Source: Pelomyxa schiedti (taxonomy: Eukaryota; Protista; Evosea). Taken from it: a stretch of DNA of 64,000 bases. The position numbers and the translations under genes were made by a program. Below, piece by piece: positions 23,801 through 37,700 of this stretch (its first letter is position 1; every line of letters begins with the position of its first letter). The notes beneath the pieces are model-generated. The model ran no database searches. It was not told where the DNA came from and saw nothing but the letters and a program-made list of their open reading frames with translations. The stretch lies in the NCBI GenBank assembly GCA_020536535.1, contig JAHLWZ010000799.1, positions 80,868-144,867 on the forward strand, read 5' to 3'.

Positions 23801-25751
23801 TTAGTAGGGTCTGTCTCTGCGTTGGCGGCGGTCATCCACTCGGTCACGTTCCGAGCCGTACAAAGTCTCGCTGCTACCCCTGTCTCGCTCCCTCTCCCTG
23901 TCACTCCCTCGGTCCCTCTCCCGCTCTCTTTCCCTGTCACTGCCCCTATCCCTCTCCCTCTCGCGTTCTCCTCCCCTGTCCCTTTCTCTGTCCCTTTCCC
24001 TGTCGCGCTCTCTGTCCCCCCCGCGGTCCCTATCTCTCTCCCTTTCCCTGTCACGGTCCCTGTCCCCCCCGCGGTCTCTCTCCCTGTCATAGTCCCTCTC
24101 GCGGTCTCTGTCCCTATCTCTATCACCACGGTCTCTGTCGCGGTCATGGTCCCTATCCCGGTCGTGGTCCCTGTCATGATCCCTGTCACGGTCACCATGT
24201 TCATGCTCTCTGTCTCTGGGTCCCCCTCCACCCCCACCGCCACCTTCAAATTCATCCCTTCCGGGTCTGGTTCCTCTGTAGGGGAAGTTAATGGTAATAG
24301 TTTTGTTGTTAGGGGAATTTACAGACCTTCCTGCATCACCACCAAAGACGGCTCCGGGCTTGGCTAGACCACACCTATTGCACTGTGTTCTGCGTGCGAA
24401 ATTTACATTGCCACAGCTAAGTAAACCCAAGCTAAGTTAGGAGAACCGGGAACCTCTACCCCAACCAGAACTTTAGGAATGTGAAAGCATTACATACTCA
24501 GAATTTGGGCAAACCCAATCCCCATCCCTTGCGACAGGGGGTCCGCCTCGTCGCGGAGGTCCCCCACCCATACTTCCTCCCATCCCACCTCCCATCCCAC
24601 CTCCAAAACCACCAAGAGGCGCGGGCCTTGGAGCACTGCACCTATTGCACACTGTGCGTCGGGCAAAGTTCAAGTTTCCGCAGCTGTAATTTGTGAGAAT
24701 CAACAGAAACAAGATAGAAATGTACTCTGGGTTTGGGCATGTCCAATCACCACCGGGAGGTGCACCACCAAAGCCACCTGGAGTTGTTTGAGGGAACTCT
24801 CCTGACTCAAAGTCGCCACGGCCTCTACCTCTACCGCCCCCACCGCCGCCACCACCGCGTTGCATGAAATCCATTGGTCGTTCCTTCTGCTCAGCAAGCT
24901 GAACTGAAATTTTTTGGTTCAAAAATGGGGCTCCTATTTGTCTATCAGAACAGCAAGAGAGTGATACAATTGTGACCATCAAACCACTTGAGGGCGGCTT
25001 GCGCAGCAGCTGGATCATCATATGTTATAGTAGCATCACCTTTTGGCACATTGGTAGTTTTGTCACGGTATAAGTGAATTCTTGGCTCCTTTGTTTTCTT
25101 ATCCAACTGTTGTTTTGTATGTTAATACAACCAATTTATTTGTAAAAAGTACCTTAATAACACCAATAGACCCGAACATATCAGCAAGTGCTTTAGTTGT
25201 TGCCTCTGCTGGTAACCCAGTCACGTAAATTGTATCCACAGGCATAGGTGGAGGTGCTATTTCATGTAAAATTTTGGGAAGCGGAAAAGTTAACACACGG
25301 TTGTGATCAGCATAACTATTTCCACTTCTACCACCCCTTCCACCACCTCTTCCACCAAATTCCCCTCTGCCCCTACCTCTGGAGGACTCGCCATAAGAGG
25401 ATGAACCATATTCTTGGGGAGGCTGTTTGATAATTAGATAAAGGAACTTTTTGATAATATGATACATATTGTTGCTGTTGTGATTGATCGAAGTTATATC
25501 CATAAGAGTTGCCACCCTTTTTGTTTTAGTGTTTAGAGTGTTTGTATTTATTGTGTAGAAAAGGTAAAGTTCACCTGTTGTTGCTGTTGCGGCGGCGGTT
25601 GCTGTGGCATATACTGCGAGTAATCCTGCGGGTTGCTGTAGGCTTTATTATACTGTGCATACATTGCTTGCTGGTCATAGTAAAGCTGCTGAGCCTGTGG
25701 GTCACCACCCATGCTAGGTGGTGGCATTGATTGCTGAGGATCACTGGGCAT
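23801..25751 (-). CDS. TAF15: FET-family (TAF15/EWS/FUS/cabeza-like) RNA-binding protein
   Basis: QYS-rich N-terminus, RGG boxes, RRM (TIYVTGLP...FGSIGVIK...IHLYRDK...[11 protein letters not shown]), two RanBP2 fingers (GDW.CPN..CGN.NFARR..CNRC) and a C-terminal PY-NLS (RRDRPY). Confidence 0.85.
23878..24215 (-). repeat. Degenerate hexamer repeat (GA[C/G/T]AGG-like) encoding an RD/RE dipeptide tract
   Basis: Translates as DRDRDHDRD...RERERDRG. Confidence 0.85.
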
Positions 25752-26212
25752 TTGGTTTTCACAAGCGGTTGTTGATTGGAAGGCAGTATATGTGCATTCA
25801 AATTAGTTTCGATGGCGAAAGAGTGAATACGTTGTGCTCGCTTGAATGTGTCTATTTGTACCAAACCCACCCAATATTTAAACTACCACCATAAACACAA
25901 TACCACTACCAACCGAAAAAAACTGAAAAAACCTTCACCACTGGGTTTTTTACCACCAAAATAAAACAACAAACCAAACACCACCTAACCGTACTACATG
26001 AGCGAGAAATAACAACGCGAAACCACACGCAAACAATTTAATTAGAAATAAAAAAAACACACGTCGACATTAGTGCCGCTTTTTCGGTATCACCACCACT
26101 AACACCTCCTTGTGTATTTTCTTCTTCCTTGTGTATTTTTTTTTCTCATCTTGCGGGAAAAATAAGTTATTTTCTTCTAAAAGCAACTGCAAGCTCTGAG
26201 AAAATTTTCAAT

Positions 26213-29200
26213 CTATTCTACCTTGGCTAGAACTATTGCCGTCCTGCAAGGGATGTAGGCCTGAGGGTATTGTTAAATGGTTAAAGAATGGATGCAGAGC
26301 AAAAAAAATACCTGAACAGTGTGATCGTAGGTACCCATTTTGTTGGGACTGGAGAAAATTTGTTTGGATGTGTCTACCCTGATGTAGCCACCAAATTCCA
26401 ACCGGTCTGAGTCGAGAACAATTGAATACCTTAAGCGAGGTTAAAAAATGATTTCGGGAATCGTAAGTGAAGAAAGAGGTACTCACGTTCCAGGGCGTGA
26501 TACTGGAAACTTCCGATCCGGATAGCTATTTGAAGTGTGGAAGTTGAAAATGCACACCAACCCTCCACGTTCGAAGCAGAGGAGCTTGTCTTCCTCATGT
26601 GTATAAGTCACGTGAGCCTTTGAATTTTTAGTACATCGGTAGTATGTAAGACTGTTTGTACCCCCGGAGACATCAAAAATTTGTGTTTTTCCTCCATTAG
26701 AATCATTGCAGAATCGAAGACCTTAGGGATATCAACATGTTGATTTAAGTTAGGTTGTGGTATACCAAAAGGTGTCTGTACCGCAGCAGGGGATCGTGGG
26801 CCAAATCCCACCGTCTTCGTGCATAATGGTGACTAAAACAAAAATTAGTGCGAGTCGAGGTTGGACCAACCAAACCTATAATTGTTCCCTGGTCTTGGAA
26901 AATCAACCCACTCAGGGTGGCCGAACTAAAAAAAAGGTTTTTGACCATTACTAATGTGACCTCCTCGTACCTCATTTCCCATAAAGTTCAGATATCCTTC
27001 TCCACCAAGGAGTAACGTCACAAGCCTGTAACAGTAAATAACTCGCCAAACCTTTGAAACGAAACCTTATCATTTTATGCAAAGCTATTCCACGGTCTGT
27101 GATTGCTGAAGGTGGCTGAAGAACACTCATATTGGTGTACATCTCTTTATCCATTAACCAAAAAGCACCTAGATTGGTTTGGTACACCAATAAAAAAGAG
27201 CGTGGGAAATACAAGTTTTGTCACCGACTAAAGATTGGTCATGTGATTCAGCATAGGATATGCAAGGTTCCTAAAATGACATGAAAACATAGAAGTATTG
27301 AAAGTGGCTAACCATCCACCTCCTGTTCATAAGGGTCCATGCTATAGAACCCATATTCCAGTTTTCATCCTAATTTACTTCATTAAGGTTCTTAATCTGC
27401 CATCTATGAAGGAAAAACCTTGACAGACTTGAGTAAATGAACCCATAAATCTGGACAAGCCATTTGAAGTCTGAAATCAAACCCAACACCACCTTCTGAA
27501 ACTGGTCTGCAAAGGCACGCAAATCCAGAAACCTGCAGTCTGTTAAATTACGGAAGTAAGAGGGTTGACAACATCTTCAGCAATTGAAAGTGCACCAGGC
27601 CTCACTTCATGAATAACGTCATTTGCCTATCAGTGGTGAGGGGATAACACTGGAATAGAGGTACCAAAGTAAGGTATGTAAGAGCATCGTGATCTACCGA
27701 ACCTCCAAAATAGTGGTCGTAATTGAAATTATGGTCTCCAATCCCATGCTGTGCCAACAGTAAGACAAGAAAGCAAACAATAAAGAGTAGATACGTGATG
27801 ATAAAGCATTGATGTTACTCCATCAAATCTTGTGTTAGTGTCAAGCAACACCAGAGTCACAAGAAACTTACCGGAAACCGTCAAACCGGTACTCTTCCAG
27901 ATAGAAAACAAGGTTGGATAAGAGAAACCGCAGTGTTTCCCATTTAGCATAATCAAAGAGACGGCTACAATTAAGTAAGATAAATTCGTCAGAAATTACA
28001 GGATACCTGCCCCAAATCTGCATGTAGATAACAAAAGAGGAAGGGGAAAACAGTTAGAAGTGAAAGAATCTGGCACTGCTTACTCCATGGTATCCTCTTT
28101 GACCACTATGGAAGAGGTAATCCCCACCATCAAAATTATTTATCCCATCCAGAACATTGAGACTTGCATGGCTAAACATATTTGGTAAAGGGAGACAATA
28201 AACGCTAACGCACCTGTGAACCACATCAAGTAAAACATAGATGTTAAACTTGTGGCATTGGTCAATGAGCTCTTTCAAGTCTTCAGGAGTACCATACCTT
28301 GATTTCAATGTTGAATGCTGTTTAAACATAAAGACAACATGTACCTACTGCTCACAGCAAAGAAATTTGTTACCTGAAAGTTAATTAAATAGTCTGATAA
28401 AAATGGGAAGTGAGTAAACCTGATATCCAAAACTGGCATAATAAGCATGCTCCATTACTGCCATGAGTTGAATGCAGTTATAACCTAAGTCAACCACATG
28501 GGGCAACACATCTCGCATGAATTCCTGATAAAGGAATTAACCAGATCAGTAGAAAAGTAACACTTACTCTGTAGGTTCCCACCCTAGGTTCAATAGACGC
28601 CATTCCAACTGTTGTGCATCACACATCAAACAAAGGAAATAAGGATAAAGTACTGTGGCATTCATAAATCTTTGGGCCATCAAGAGCAGAGTTCCTTGAA
28701 GGAAGTGGGTATTTCCAGGCATATGGGTTTGGTGGGTCCCAGTACACTCCTTTGATACACAATCAGAAAAGGAGTTGAGGAATGAGCAGTGATACCGTCA
28801 TAAATAAATTTGTCATTTTGTACCGCACGAGTGATCCATGGAGGTACATGATCGGACCACTTGCCATGACCATTTTCGACACTTACCTAGACATTAAGAA
28901 TGAGGGTGTGTAGTAGCAGGTAAATGTGACGTCTACCTTGAGCTTAGAATTGTGGGCAATGCCAGGAGTTCCATCAGGGTGGTCAGGAACGAAAAGATGC
29001 CAGCGCCCCCATTCTACCTTTCTCATGTAATGTGTGTTTGGGTTCCATCCATTGAAATCTCCAACGAGTCGCATGTTTGTAGCTATATGGAACAAGTTAA
29101 AATAACGCCAAGGTCTACTGATGCGAAAATCTACCTGCAGGAGCATATTCAGTATAATGTACACCCCGAACACCATTAGAAACGCCTCTGTGAAACCCCA

Positions 29201-29863
29201 GCGTTTTATATGACCTAGCAAAGTCCAGCAAGGAACTCTCTGTCTCTGCAATCCTAGACTTCATCCACGCATAGTGAGAGTACCTGCACATTTTTAAAAA
29301 AAAAAAAAAAAGCTCAATCAAGTAGAAACCGGCGGCTATTTAGCTGCACAGACAAAATGAACCAAGTAACAACAGCACAGCAAGGCAACAAAACTAACGA
29401 ACGAACGAACGACGAACAAGCAAGAGCAAGCAACAGAGAAATACCTGCCACGCAAGACACCGACATATGGCGACAACCAACTGTCCCAAAGCACTACGCC
29501 CGTCCCGTCGCTCGCGTTGCGGTACTTCTCCCAACTCTTCGCCGAACCGTCATCGGCAGCAGCAGTAGTAGTAGTAGCAGAGGCAGAGGCAGAGGCAGAG
29601 GGCGACGCTGCCGACGGAGGAGGGGGCTCCGAGGCCGCCGAAGACGACGCTGGGGTGGCCGTGGTCGCGGGCACGTGGTCGACGGGGAGCACGCGCGTGT
29701 GGTAGTCGTGTGGCGCGAGGGGCTCGTCCGTGGCCCCAGGCGTCGGCGACGACGAAGGGGAGGGCAGCAAAGTGGGCGAGGGCGACGACGATGTGGTCGT
29801 GGTCGTGGAAGTTGTGGGGGAGGCTGCCTGGGCGGCCTCCGGTGCCACGGCGTTGGTGCTCAT
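26213..29863 (-). CDS. GBE1: 1,4-alpha-glucan branching enzyme (GH13), many short introns
   Basis: [107 protein letters not shown] stop at 26213. Confidence 0.95.
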
Positions 29864-30168
29864 GATGGTTTAATTGGCAAAATGAGCCCCGAAAAGGTGG
29901 AAATGCAATTTAGGTGCATGTTTCCTGGTTGCTCTGTTGTCAATCTCTCATTGCAAACGGGCGTGCCTGCTGATGAGGCAGCACAACTTGCAGGGCAACA
30001 ACCTCTCCATCAACCTTCTGCATTCCCCGAAGAGAAAAATACATGGCTCTTCAAAGGCATACAACGTGGCGTTGGCAATTTCCTGCATTCAGATTTTTTT
30101 TTTTTGTTTTTTCGTCAATTGAGGCACAGGAAAGATTCCTTAAATTTTTATGCTCACTGGTGTTGTGG

Positions 30169-32338
30169 TTATGGTGAAAAGACTGAGAGGCTGTTGTCCA
30201 TGGTAGAGGTAAGCAAAAATGTGGCGTCCTTTCCGAAAATTGCATCAGTAACCGCGGCTGGGTGGGCGAATGTGCTGTTGAGAGAGAACTGCTTTCCGTG
30301 ATACACTCTGTTACTGCGTTAAGCACTGCGAGGAAAAGTAAAGATGTTAGTACTTGAGATCGTTGCTGGCAATGGAAATGTATAAACCAGAGTGGTCATA
30401 GGAAACGGCGTTTACTGGAGCAAGTTTGTTTTCGGGTCCCGGCTCCTGTGTGAAAGTGTGCAGGCACGACAACTTCCTGAGGTCCCAGAGCTTGGCTGTC
30501 CCATCCATTGAGCCAGTCAATAAGTGGAATCTGGATGAAGTTATTTTCCGATGTGGCATTTGTGTGATTACCCGTTCTCAGAGAAGCACAGGTCAGTAAT
30601 TGGACCAGTATGCTCCGTAAACGAGGCGACGTTTTGTTGGTTCAAGACATCCCATAGATGTACAACATTACTTTCGAGACCAGTTCCGAGAATCAAGCCA
30701 TCAGGATGAAAAGCAATACTCTTGTACCTGTGCAAAGTGAGTTTTCTTTGAATTTTTGGTTCTACGTACGGCATAGGTCCTGTTGGATTGTGCTTAAAAA
30801 CACACTTGCTTGTAGCAATATTAGTGAGTGCCCAGGATTGGTCTAATGAAGCAGTGGCAAGGTATTCATTTGTGCAATGCAGAGCACTTCCAACAACTTT
30901 ACCACTGTGTGTGCGAAGAGTTGAGGATGTATTGTATACACCTCCTATGAGCCGTTAGTTTTTTGGTCAAAGAGAACATTTCGGAAAAGTACTTGAGGTT
31001 GGGCGCCAAATTCTTGTAGTTGAATCATGTGACGACGATAAAATTACGTCTTCAGTGGGATGCATAATGACCTAAATGTGTTGTTAGTTAGCTACTCGGC
31101 ACCCATTTGTGTGTTGTTCAGTCGTACTAAGAGGAAAGGGAAAAGAAATAACCAATATGTGCGAGTTAAACAATGATAACACACAAGGAAAAGGCCAACC
31201 TGTGTGATTCCAACCAACCAGCATGGTTGGAAGCTCTCACCCACTCCCGTTTTTGTGTGGTGCGCGTGACAAGTGCATGTGCGCGGATGGTATGTGCGGG
31301 TGATGGGTCATGTGCCTGGGAAATAGGTCCTGAGTGCCCTGTTAGAGACGCTGTGACACTCTTTGATGCAAGATCGAACAATACAACATCTGAATCAAAA
31401 CCACCACTTGCAACAGTGTTGCCTAAAACACTCAGACAGAGGATCCCAGGCTCAGTTCTCTTGTGGTGTGTAAAAGGTCCTTTCATAGTGAAAGCCTGGA
31501 ATTGTTCCGCAGGTGTCAGCGTCTCGGAGATTTTACGTCGTCGGCGGACTTGGGTGAGTCTGTGCCACATCAGTCGCACAAAAGATGAATTGACATACTC
31601 GTTTGATTTCTCCTTGAATTGTTGTTTGACTTCATCAGGAATTTCAATTTTTGCTTCAGGGGTCATTGGCTCAACTGCAACCTATTATAACACAGAGAAA
31701 TAAGAAAGGTTTTTCAGCGGTGAAGGGAACAACCGATTGCTGAGCGCTTGCTAAAGACCTTTTAAATTAGTTTAGGAGAGTTATAAAGTTATAGAACATC
31801 TACACACTTGAGCGCTTCATCACGTTCACGTTTTAATCTTGCAATAACTCGGCAGGCAGCGTCGTGCTGATATAGAGCGTGGGCAAGTTCCTTTGGCAAA
31901 CGTAAGATCGGGCTGTTACACAACAAGAAAGCACGCCTGTCTTGCTGTATCAAGCTGTTGCTTCAGGGTAAAAGTTTCAAGCATAAGGGCGTCCCATTCG
32001 TTTTGAAACACCTGAAGCATGCCAGGTAAACTGGTTGCATTCGCGGGTCTTGGATGTGCCACAGGACCAGCTGTGGTAGAAATGAATATACCTTTAGAAT
32101 CAAAGCGAAGGCGTAACCTTTTACGGCCACGAGGTCTTCTGGAGTGAGAGGTTCGCCGGTGATGGGACACTTGTTGTCATTGGAAGCCAACATTTGCAAA
32201 ATAAGTCGCTTTTCGAAAACATGTCCGCTCTTGGTTGAAATCACGGGCTCAACAGGAGAGGTACCAGACACTACAAGTCGTTAGAAACGAGCCTAGGTGT
32301 CGCATTTCCGGGGACGAAGTCGTACGGGAGCACAGCAT
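30169..32338 (-). CDS. PRP19: Pre-mRNA processing factor 19 (U-box, coiled coil, WD40)
   Basis: [28 protein letters not shown]...[36 protein letters not shown]...[19 protein letters not shown], and WD40 repeats ([24 protein letters not shown]). Confidence 0.95.
31072..31315 (-). other. Long (244 nt) GC-AG intron of PRP19 with internal hairpins
   Basis: Splicing CAG|GCACAT...TTTAG|GTC restores GPISQVIMHP. Contains 9-bp stems at 31107-31115/31178-31186 and 31208-31216/31224-31232. Confidence 0.65.
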
Positions 32339-32481
32339 CTTGCTTGGCTCTTTAATTTTTCCTTTGTTGTGGTTTTCCCTCTTTTTTTCTGCAATTGAGC
32401 CAGAGATGAGAGTCCGGCTAATCATGTCAAACCAGACAAGTCATGCAACCATAGTGGAAAAGGATAATAAACAAGGACAAC

Positions 32482-34703
32482 ATGACCAGCGGACAAGAAG
32501 ATCACGTGGGGAAAACAGAAGCCAAGCAACAATGGATCGTCCGGCTGATGGACATATCACGTCTCGCGTGGGATTTGGTCGTCGTGCCGACGGTCCTGGA
32601 CCCAATCAGGCGCCGCGATCTGCCGACCGCGGAGGACTGCGTCTGGCTTATGGGACTCGCCGACGCCTTGTTTCCACTCGTTCCCCGGGCCTGCCGCGCA
32701 CTGATGGGCATCACGGTGTCTGCTTACGCAGAGCACAGTGTTGCAGTTCCGAGAGAAAATGGGCGTGTCTTCAGGCTTTCCAAGATCGCGAGCAGGAAGA
32801 CGTCGTGGTATTTCGCGCTTAAGTGTGCGGGGGTGGCTGGGAGTGCGAGGTGCATTAAGTGGATTGTGGGAAGAAAAGCAACCAGGAATAGCAGGAAGGA
32901 GTGCCTTGCTGTGCTTAGGGGTCTATGTTATGGTAGATATAATAATTTTCTTAGTATAAATAAACATAATAGGGTTATAAGGGTTTTTCCCTCACACACT
33001 GTGTAGGAGGACACCTTGGAATGGCACGAGAACTTGTTGACAGTTGTGACACAAACTGGAGGGGTGCACTCAAGTGGCCTGCGAGTGATCCAGACCTTAT
33101 CTATGACATCCGGGATGTGAGCGAAGGGCACCCAAGCCTGTTACATGATGCATGTGAGGGAGGCCATTTGGATGTCATCAACTGGGTGATGTCAAAGTTT
33201 GGTGTGGGGCACGAGTCGTGGGAGCTCGCCGGACCATTTAGAGCTGCCCTGCGACGGGGACACTTGGACGTGGCGCGATGGTTGGTGGCATGCCCTACCG
33301 GGGTGGTACCATCATGCCGCCCGGGAATGTGCCAATGGTTCGGCACATTCCGTTCCCAGCCAGAGTTTACCACACCTTATTATCCATGTGCTCCTGAGGC
33401 GTTTGTGGAAATATTCGCGGAGTTTTGCAAGGTGGGGTCCAGAGAATCTGAGGTTTTTGCCAAGTGCATTCACTGTTGTGACAACTTTGAGGAAGCATGT
33501 GAGCAGCTGTTTACGGGACCTGCCCAGAACTACGGAATCTGGATCCCAAGATTTGAGTCTATTGAAAGCAGCAAGGGGCTCAAGTGGGTGCTCAACAAAT
33601 TTTATGTTCATCAACCTCCTGCTAATGTTTTCTGGACTGGCAAAGTCCAAAGTCAAGATGAACTTCTGTCACACGCGTGCAACACAATTGCAGATGTGAA
33701 ACTCCTCGAGTGGATTTTCACACAATTTACGTTTGAATCAGTGACCTCCGGAGACGTCATTGGTGCATGCGGTAACAAGAAAGACAGTGTAGAAGTGGTG
33801 AAGATGTTGTTGGAAAACGCAGGTGCACTTCCCACACAAGAAGAATTTCAAGACTGTATGGCGCTATGCCTCGCCAACAACAACACCGCTATTGCAGAGT
33901 GGTTGGAGAGCACATTCCACGTGATGGATGGTGTGAATTCTGATCCCAGAAAGACAGAGAGAATCTTCGGAACCAGTTCAAGGAGTAGCGGCATAGAAGG
34001 TGTTCAGTGGTTCCTTTCACGTGCGAAAGTGTGCAACATAAGTGAAAAAGCAGTGGTCTCGGCTATTAAAGAATCTTGCTGCCTCACAGTGAAATTGTTT
34101 TTGCTGAAGCAATTCAATGTAAGAGTTTCCGAAAAGTCATCATCCCTCCTTCGCAGGCTGGTTGAGGATGGTGATGTTTCTCAGGTTGAGGAAGCCAGGA
34201 AATACTGCGACTTCTCTTCATCCGACATTCAGGAAGCACTTGCTGGTTGCAAGAAAGTTCAGTCTGGAAAAGTGGTCAAGGGATTGCTGGGCCAATTTAT
34301 GCTGAGTGAAGGCCAACCCAAAATCAAATACGGCTTGCTGTCTTTGTTGATTAAACACCACAAAGTTGGCTGTGTAGAGTGGTTCCTGCATAAATTCCCT
34401 GTACCGCTGCATGAGTTCATCACTAGAATGAAGGCTTCTGATAATACTGTACCTATCACTGTCACTGTGGGCATGTGGAAAATGATGATGAGGGTGCTTC
34501 CCCTGTCTGTCTCTTATGTGAAGTGGTATCTGATGGGGTGGGCTACGTGTACACCACTCCACACAACTCTCACAATGAAAACCGTGGGGCTCACAATGGC
34601 CAACATACTGTCGTATGAAGAGACGATAAAAACATCTTATCCCCACCAACACCACACTGCTTCCCCAAAGTTGAGCGAGTCCTTGGATGAGAGTGCTGTG
34701 TGA
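32482..34703 (+). CDS. Degenerate ankyrin-like repeat protein (two exons)
   Basis: LLHDACEGGHLDVINWVM and AALRRGHLDVARWLV motifs. Intron about 32933-33008. Confidence 0.7.
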
Positions 34704-34793
34704 TGTCTAAACAACGAGCGGAAAAAAAAAAAGTTGATCATTTTTTAAACAGCCAAATTCCTTTCAGGAAACAACATTACAGTCGAAGCTCTC

Positions 34794-37700
34794 TCACAGG
34801 CCAGGAGGTTGAGCCTCCCTTATAACAGAGCCAAACTTGTCAGTCACCACCAGGATTGAGAACGCCTTGACCTCTGACAGATCTGCAGCCGCGTCACTCA
34901 GCGAGCAATAGTCTGCCCTGCCCCTCAGGTCCGTGTACAGATCCTTCCAGAACGAAGTATCCCCGCTCGCCAATCTCGCGTACACCTTCACGTAAGCCCC
35001 AGGAATTGGCTTTGGCGATTTCGTAGTAACGGTCGATGTCGGCGTGGCTGAGGAACCACCAGATCCGGACGCAGAAGCCGGCCTCTCCAGGACCTGAAGC
35101 TGGCCAACTTGGGGCTGAAGAGACAGCAAAAGTGAGTTTGCAAAGTACGTGAGGGTCCTCCTCAGTCCTCCAGGGGCGACGACTTCGACGATCAGATTGG
35201 AACCGCACAGATTCTCAGGAACAGACACGCAGTGTGTCTGAACCGGGATCGACGAAGTCGGCGGGGTGAACGTCGGCGAGGCGGCCGCAGCCGAAATTAT
35301 GGCATCGATTGGATTTGGAAGCTTCACGGTCAGAACGCTGTTGGGCTTGATGAACATGTTGTTCTTGGACTTGTTGGTGTTGCTGTTGGATTCCGCTGAC
35401 ATGAAGAAGGGCTGGGTGGAGAATAGAAGTTCTAAGTCCATGACATAGAACCGGAGTTGGAGTTCCACGAGGTTGCAGTAGTCGATTGACACCATTGGCC
35501 CGTTGAGGGTAACATCAAGTGACGGGCGGGAAGTCTGCCAAGTCCGCTCCAGAAGAACCCTCATTCGCTCGGGATCCGGCTTGTTGTCATCATGGGATGC
35601 CTCTTTCTTGAGTGCCTTGGTGGCAGAGTCCGCGGCTCTCTTGGCATCTGTGTCTCCCGCTGCAACTGACATCACGAAGCTGGATGATGCCTCTGCGTGG
35701 AACGCCTCTATCTCCTTTACCTGCTCTTCCATATCCTTGAATCTCGAGGACCACCGCGACACGGGATAGTCGTGATAGCGCGTGCACATTGCACGAGCAA
35801 CGGCGGGTACCGAGTCCAAAACCCGGTACTTTTCATCCATGAAATCAAGGTATGCTGCCATGTAGTCATACTGCATCTGGCAGGAGAACCACCTCAGAGA
35901 ATCGGCGGGTGCTGCTGGCCCCACAGGATCGGAGACTGGACTGCTAGCTAGGATGGCGGTAAAGTCCCGTTTCACTGACCCTGGAGTGGTGCTTGGGTTG
36001 CCTTGCTTGTCCAGAGTGGGCTGCTTTATTGCCAGTGTGGCAGATGGTGCAGGTGGGAGCGTTGCAATTCGCTCAAATACGTGGCGGGACTCATCAAGCC
36101 TGTCCTGAAGCAGAAGATAGTAGGAGGCAGCCATCAATTCCGATGCTGCGGGTGGGTATGGCTCACGAACAAGTACTTCTAGGAAGTTCTTGTACTGTCC
36201 AGCAAATTTGCTATTGAGTATTTTCCGGCTCTGCCCTAGAGTGTGGGCACGAGCGTTGATTAGAGGGGCATATTCAAGATGTTGGTAAAGATGTAAATCT
36301 CTTGCTTCGAGAACGAGCAACCGAGAAGAGAAGGGTGGGTGAATACGGCACCAAGAATTGCCGTTTGGAACAAGTTGAGGCTGAGATAGGAACTCGGCAA
36401 CTCCCTCAGCATTATAGTAAGCAAATGCCCAGCTTAGCGAATTGCGATGAATCACATGTCGTTTACGTAGAAGTTCACGGAGCTTATTCCAAAATGGTTC
36501 CGATTCTTGGCATCTAAACTGAATCCAGTCAAGATTCAAGTTCTGGGGTGTGCTTCGATCGATAAACTCCAGAACTTCTTCGGCAGTGCCACATTGAGAT
36601 ACCCATTCCCATTTAGTTTTATCCACAGGTGGCTGAGGAACAACTGGTGGTGGAGTGAGAGAAGAAACGACATTAAGCACGAATGGTTCAGCAAAGGCAA
36701 CCAAATTATTGTCAACACTAACGTGAGCAGGATAGTGATTGTACTGCCCAATAGCAGGGAAATAGAAGAAGAAGTCGATCACACTGCCTGAAGAACTAAC
36801 TTGAACCATTCTAGACTTGGTGTAGTAACCTGCGGTACCAAGAGGAAGAGCACCTACAGGTATTTGTGTCATCACATCTACTTTCCTCGACTCCTGGGAT
36901 GTCAATTTCACTGAACAGCCGTACACCTTGTTGACTTGGAACTCATGAACAACCCAATAGTCTAGTGTTTCACCTGTGTCATTGTTGGTTTGTTTGCGGA
37001 ATTGTGGATCAAAGTAGTGTTGTTCGACTGCCACCCTCAAGGCAGGGGTAATATTACTAGTTGCTGGAGCCTCCCCCAAATCACGGTAAAAAGCAATCAT
37101 TGGTTGAGAAGAGGAAATGGTTACACGAGAGGGGGAAAATTGCATTGAAAGAGGAGGAGCCTTGAATGGGAGGTCAATTAAAGAGAGACCAACCATCTGG
37201 TCAACAAAGGTCCCTTTTCCTTGCGTAACAAAGGTTGGAGTGAGGAAAAATCCGTCACTGTGCTGTTTCCTCTCAAGTTCAAAGAAGTCTGAATTCTTCT
37301 CAACAGCCTCAGCCAAAGCAACCCAGAAAGGCGATATTTTCACCCTATCCTTCTCATAGGAAAAGGTGTTGAGCTTGTCAAGAGGAACTGGTTGGCTCTG
37401 GTAATACTGGGACTCTGCCCACTCTTGCGTTTTTTCGAGCTGCTTGAAGGTTTGTTGCACTGTTCCGCGTCGAGAAAGGTCGGAAGCAATACGACTTTGC
37501 TTTTGCTGCTCCTGTGCACGCAGTTGTTTTCCCAGTGTCTGCTGCGCCGCCTTCCCTCCAGAGCGAGAAGCAGACGGAGCGGCCGATTTTTTCTTCATCT
37601 TCCTGCTGCATTCATAGTCTCGCTCTCTGCATTTTTCCTCTTTCTTGCATTCTATGTCCAAGGACTTCCTGTAATAACAAAAGGTGAGGGGCAGAAAAAT

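Noticed and set aside
23786-24367. Antisense and alternative-frame ORFs (VP- or TG-rich) over the RD/RE repeat
   Set aside because: Shadow ORFs of a stop-free hexamer repeat.
29357-30301. 314-aa plus-strand ORF
   Set aside because: Antisense to the GC-rich first exon of GBE1 and the last exon of PRP19, with no recognisable domain.
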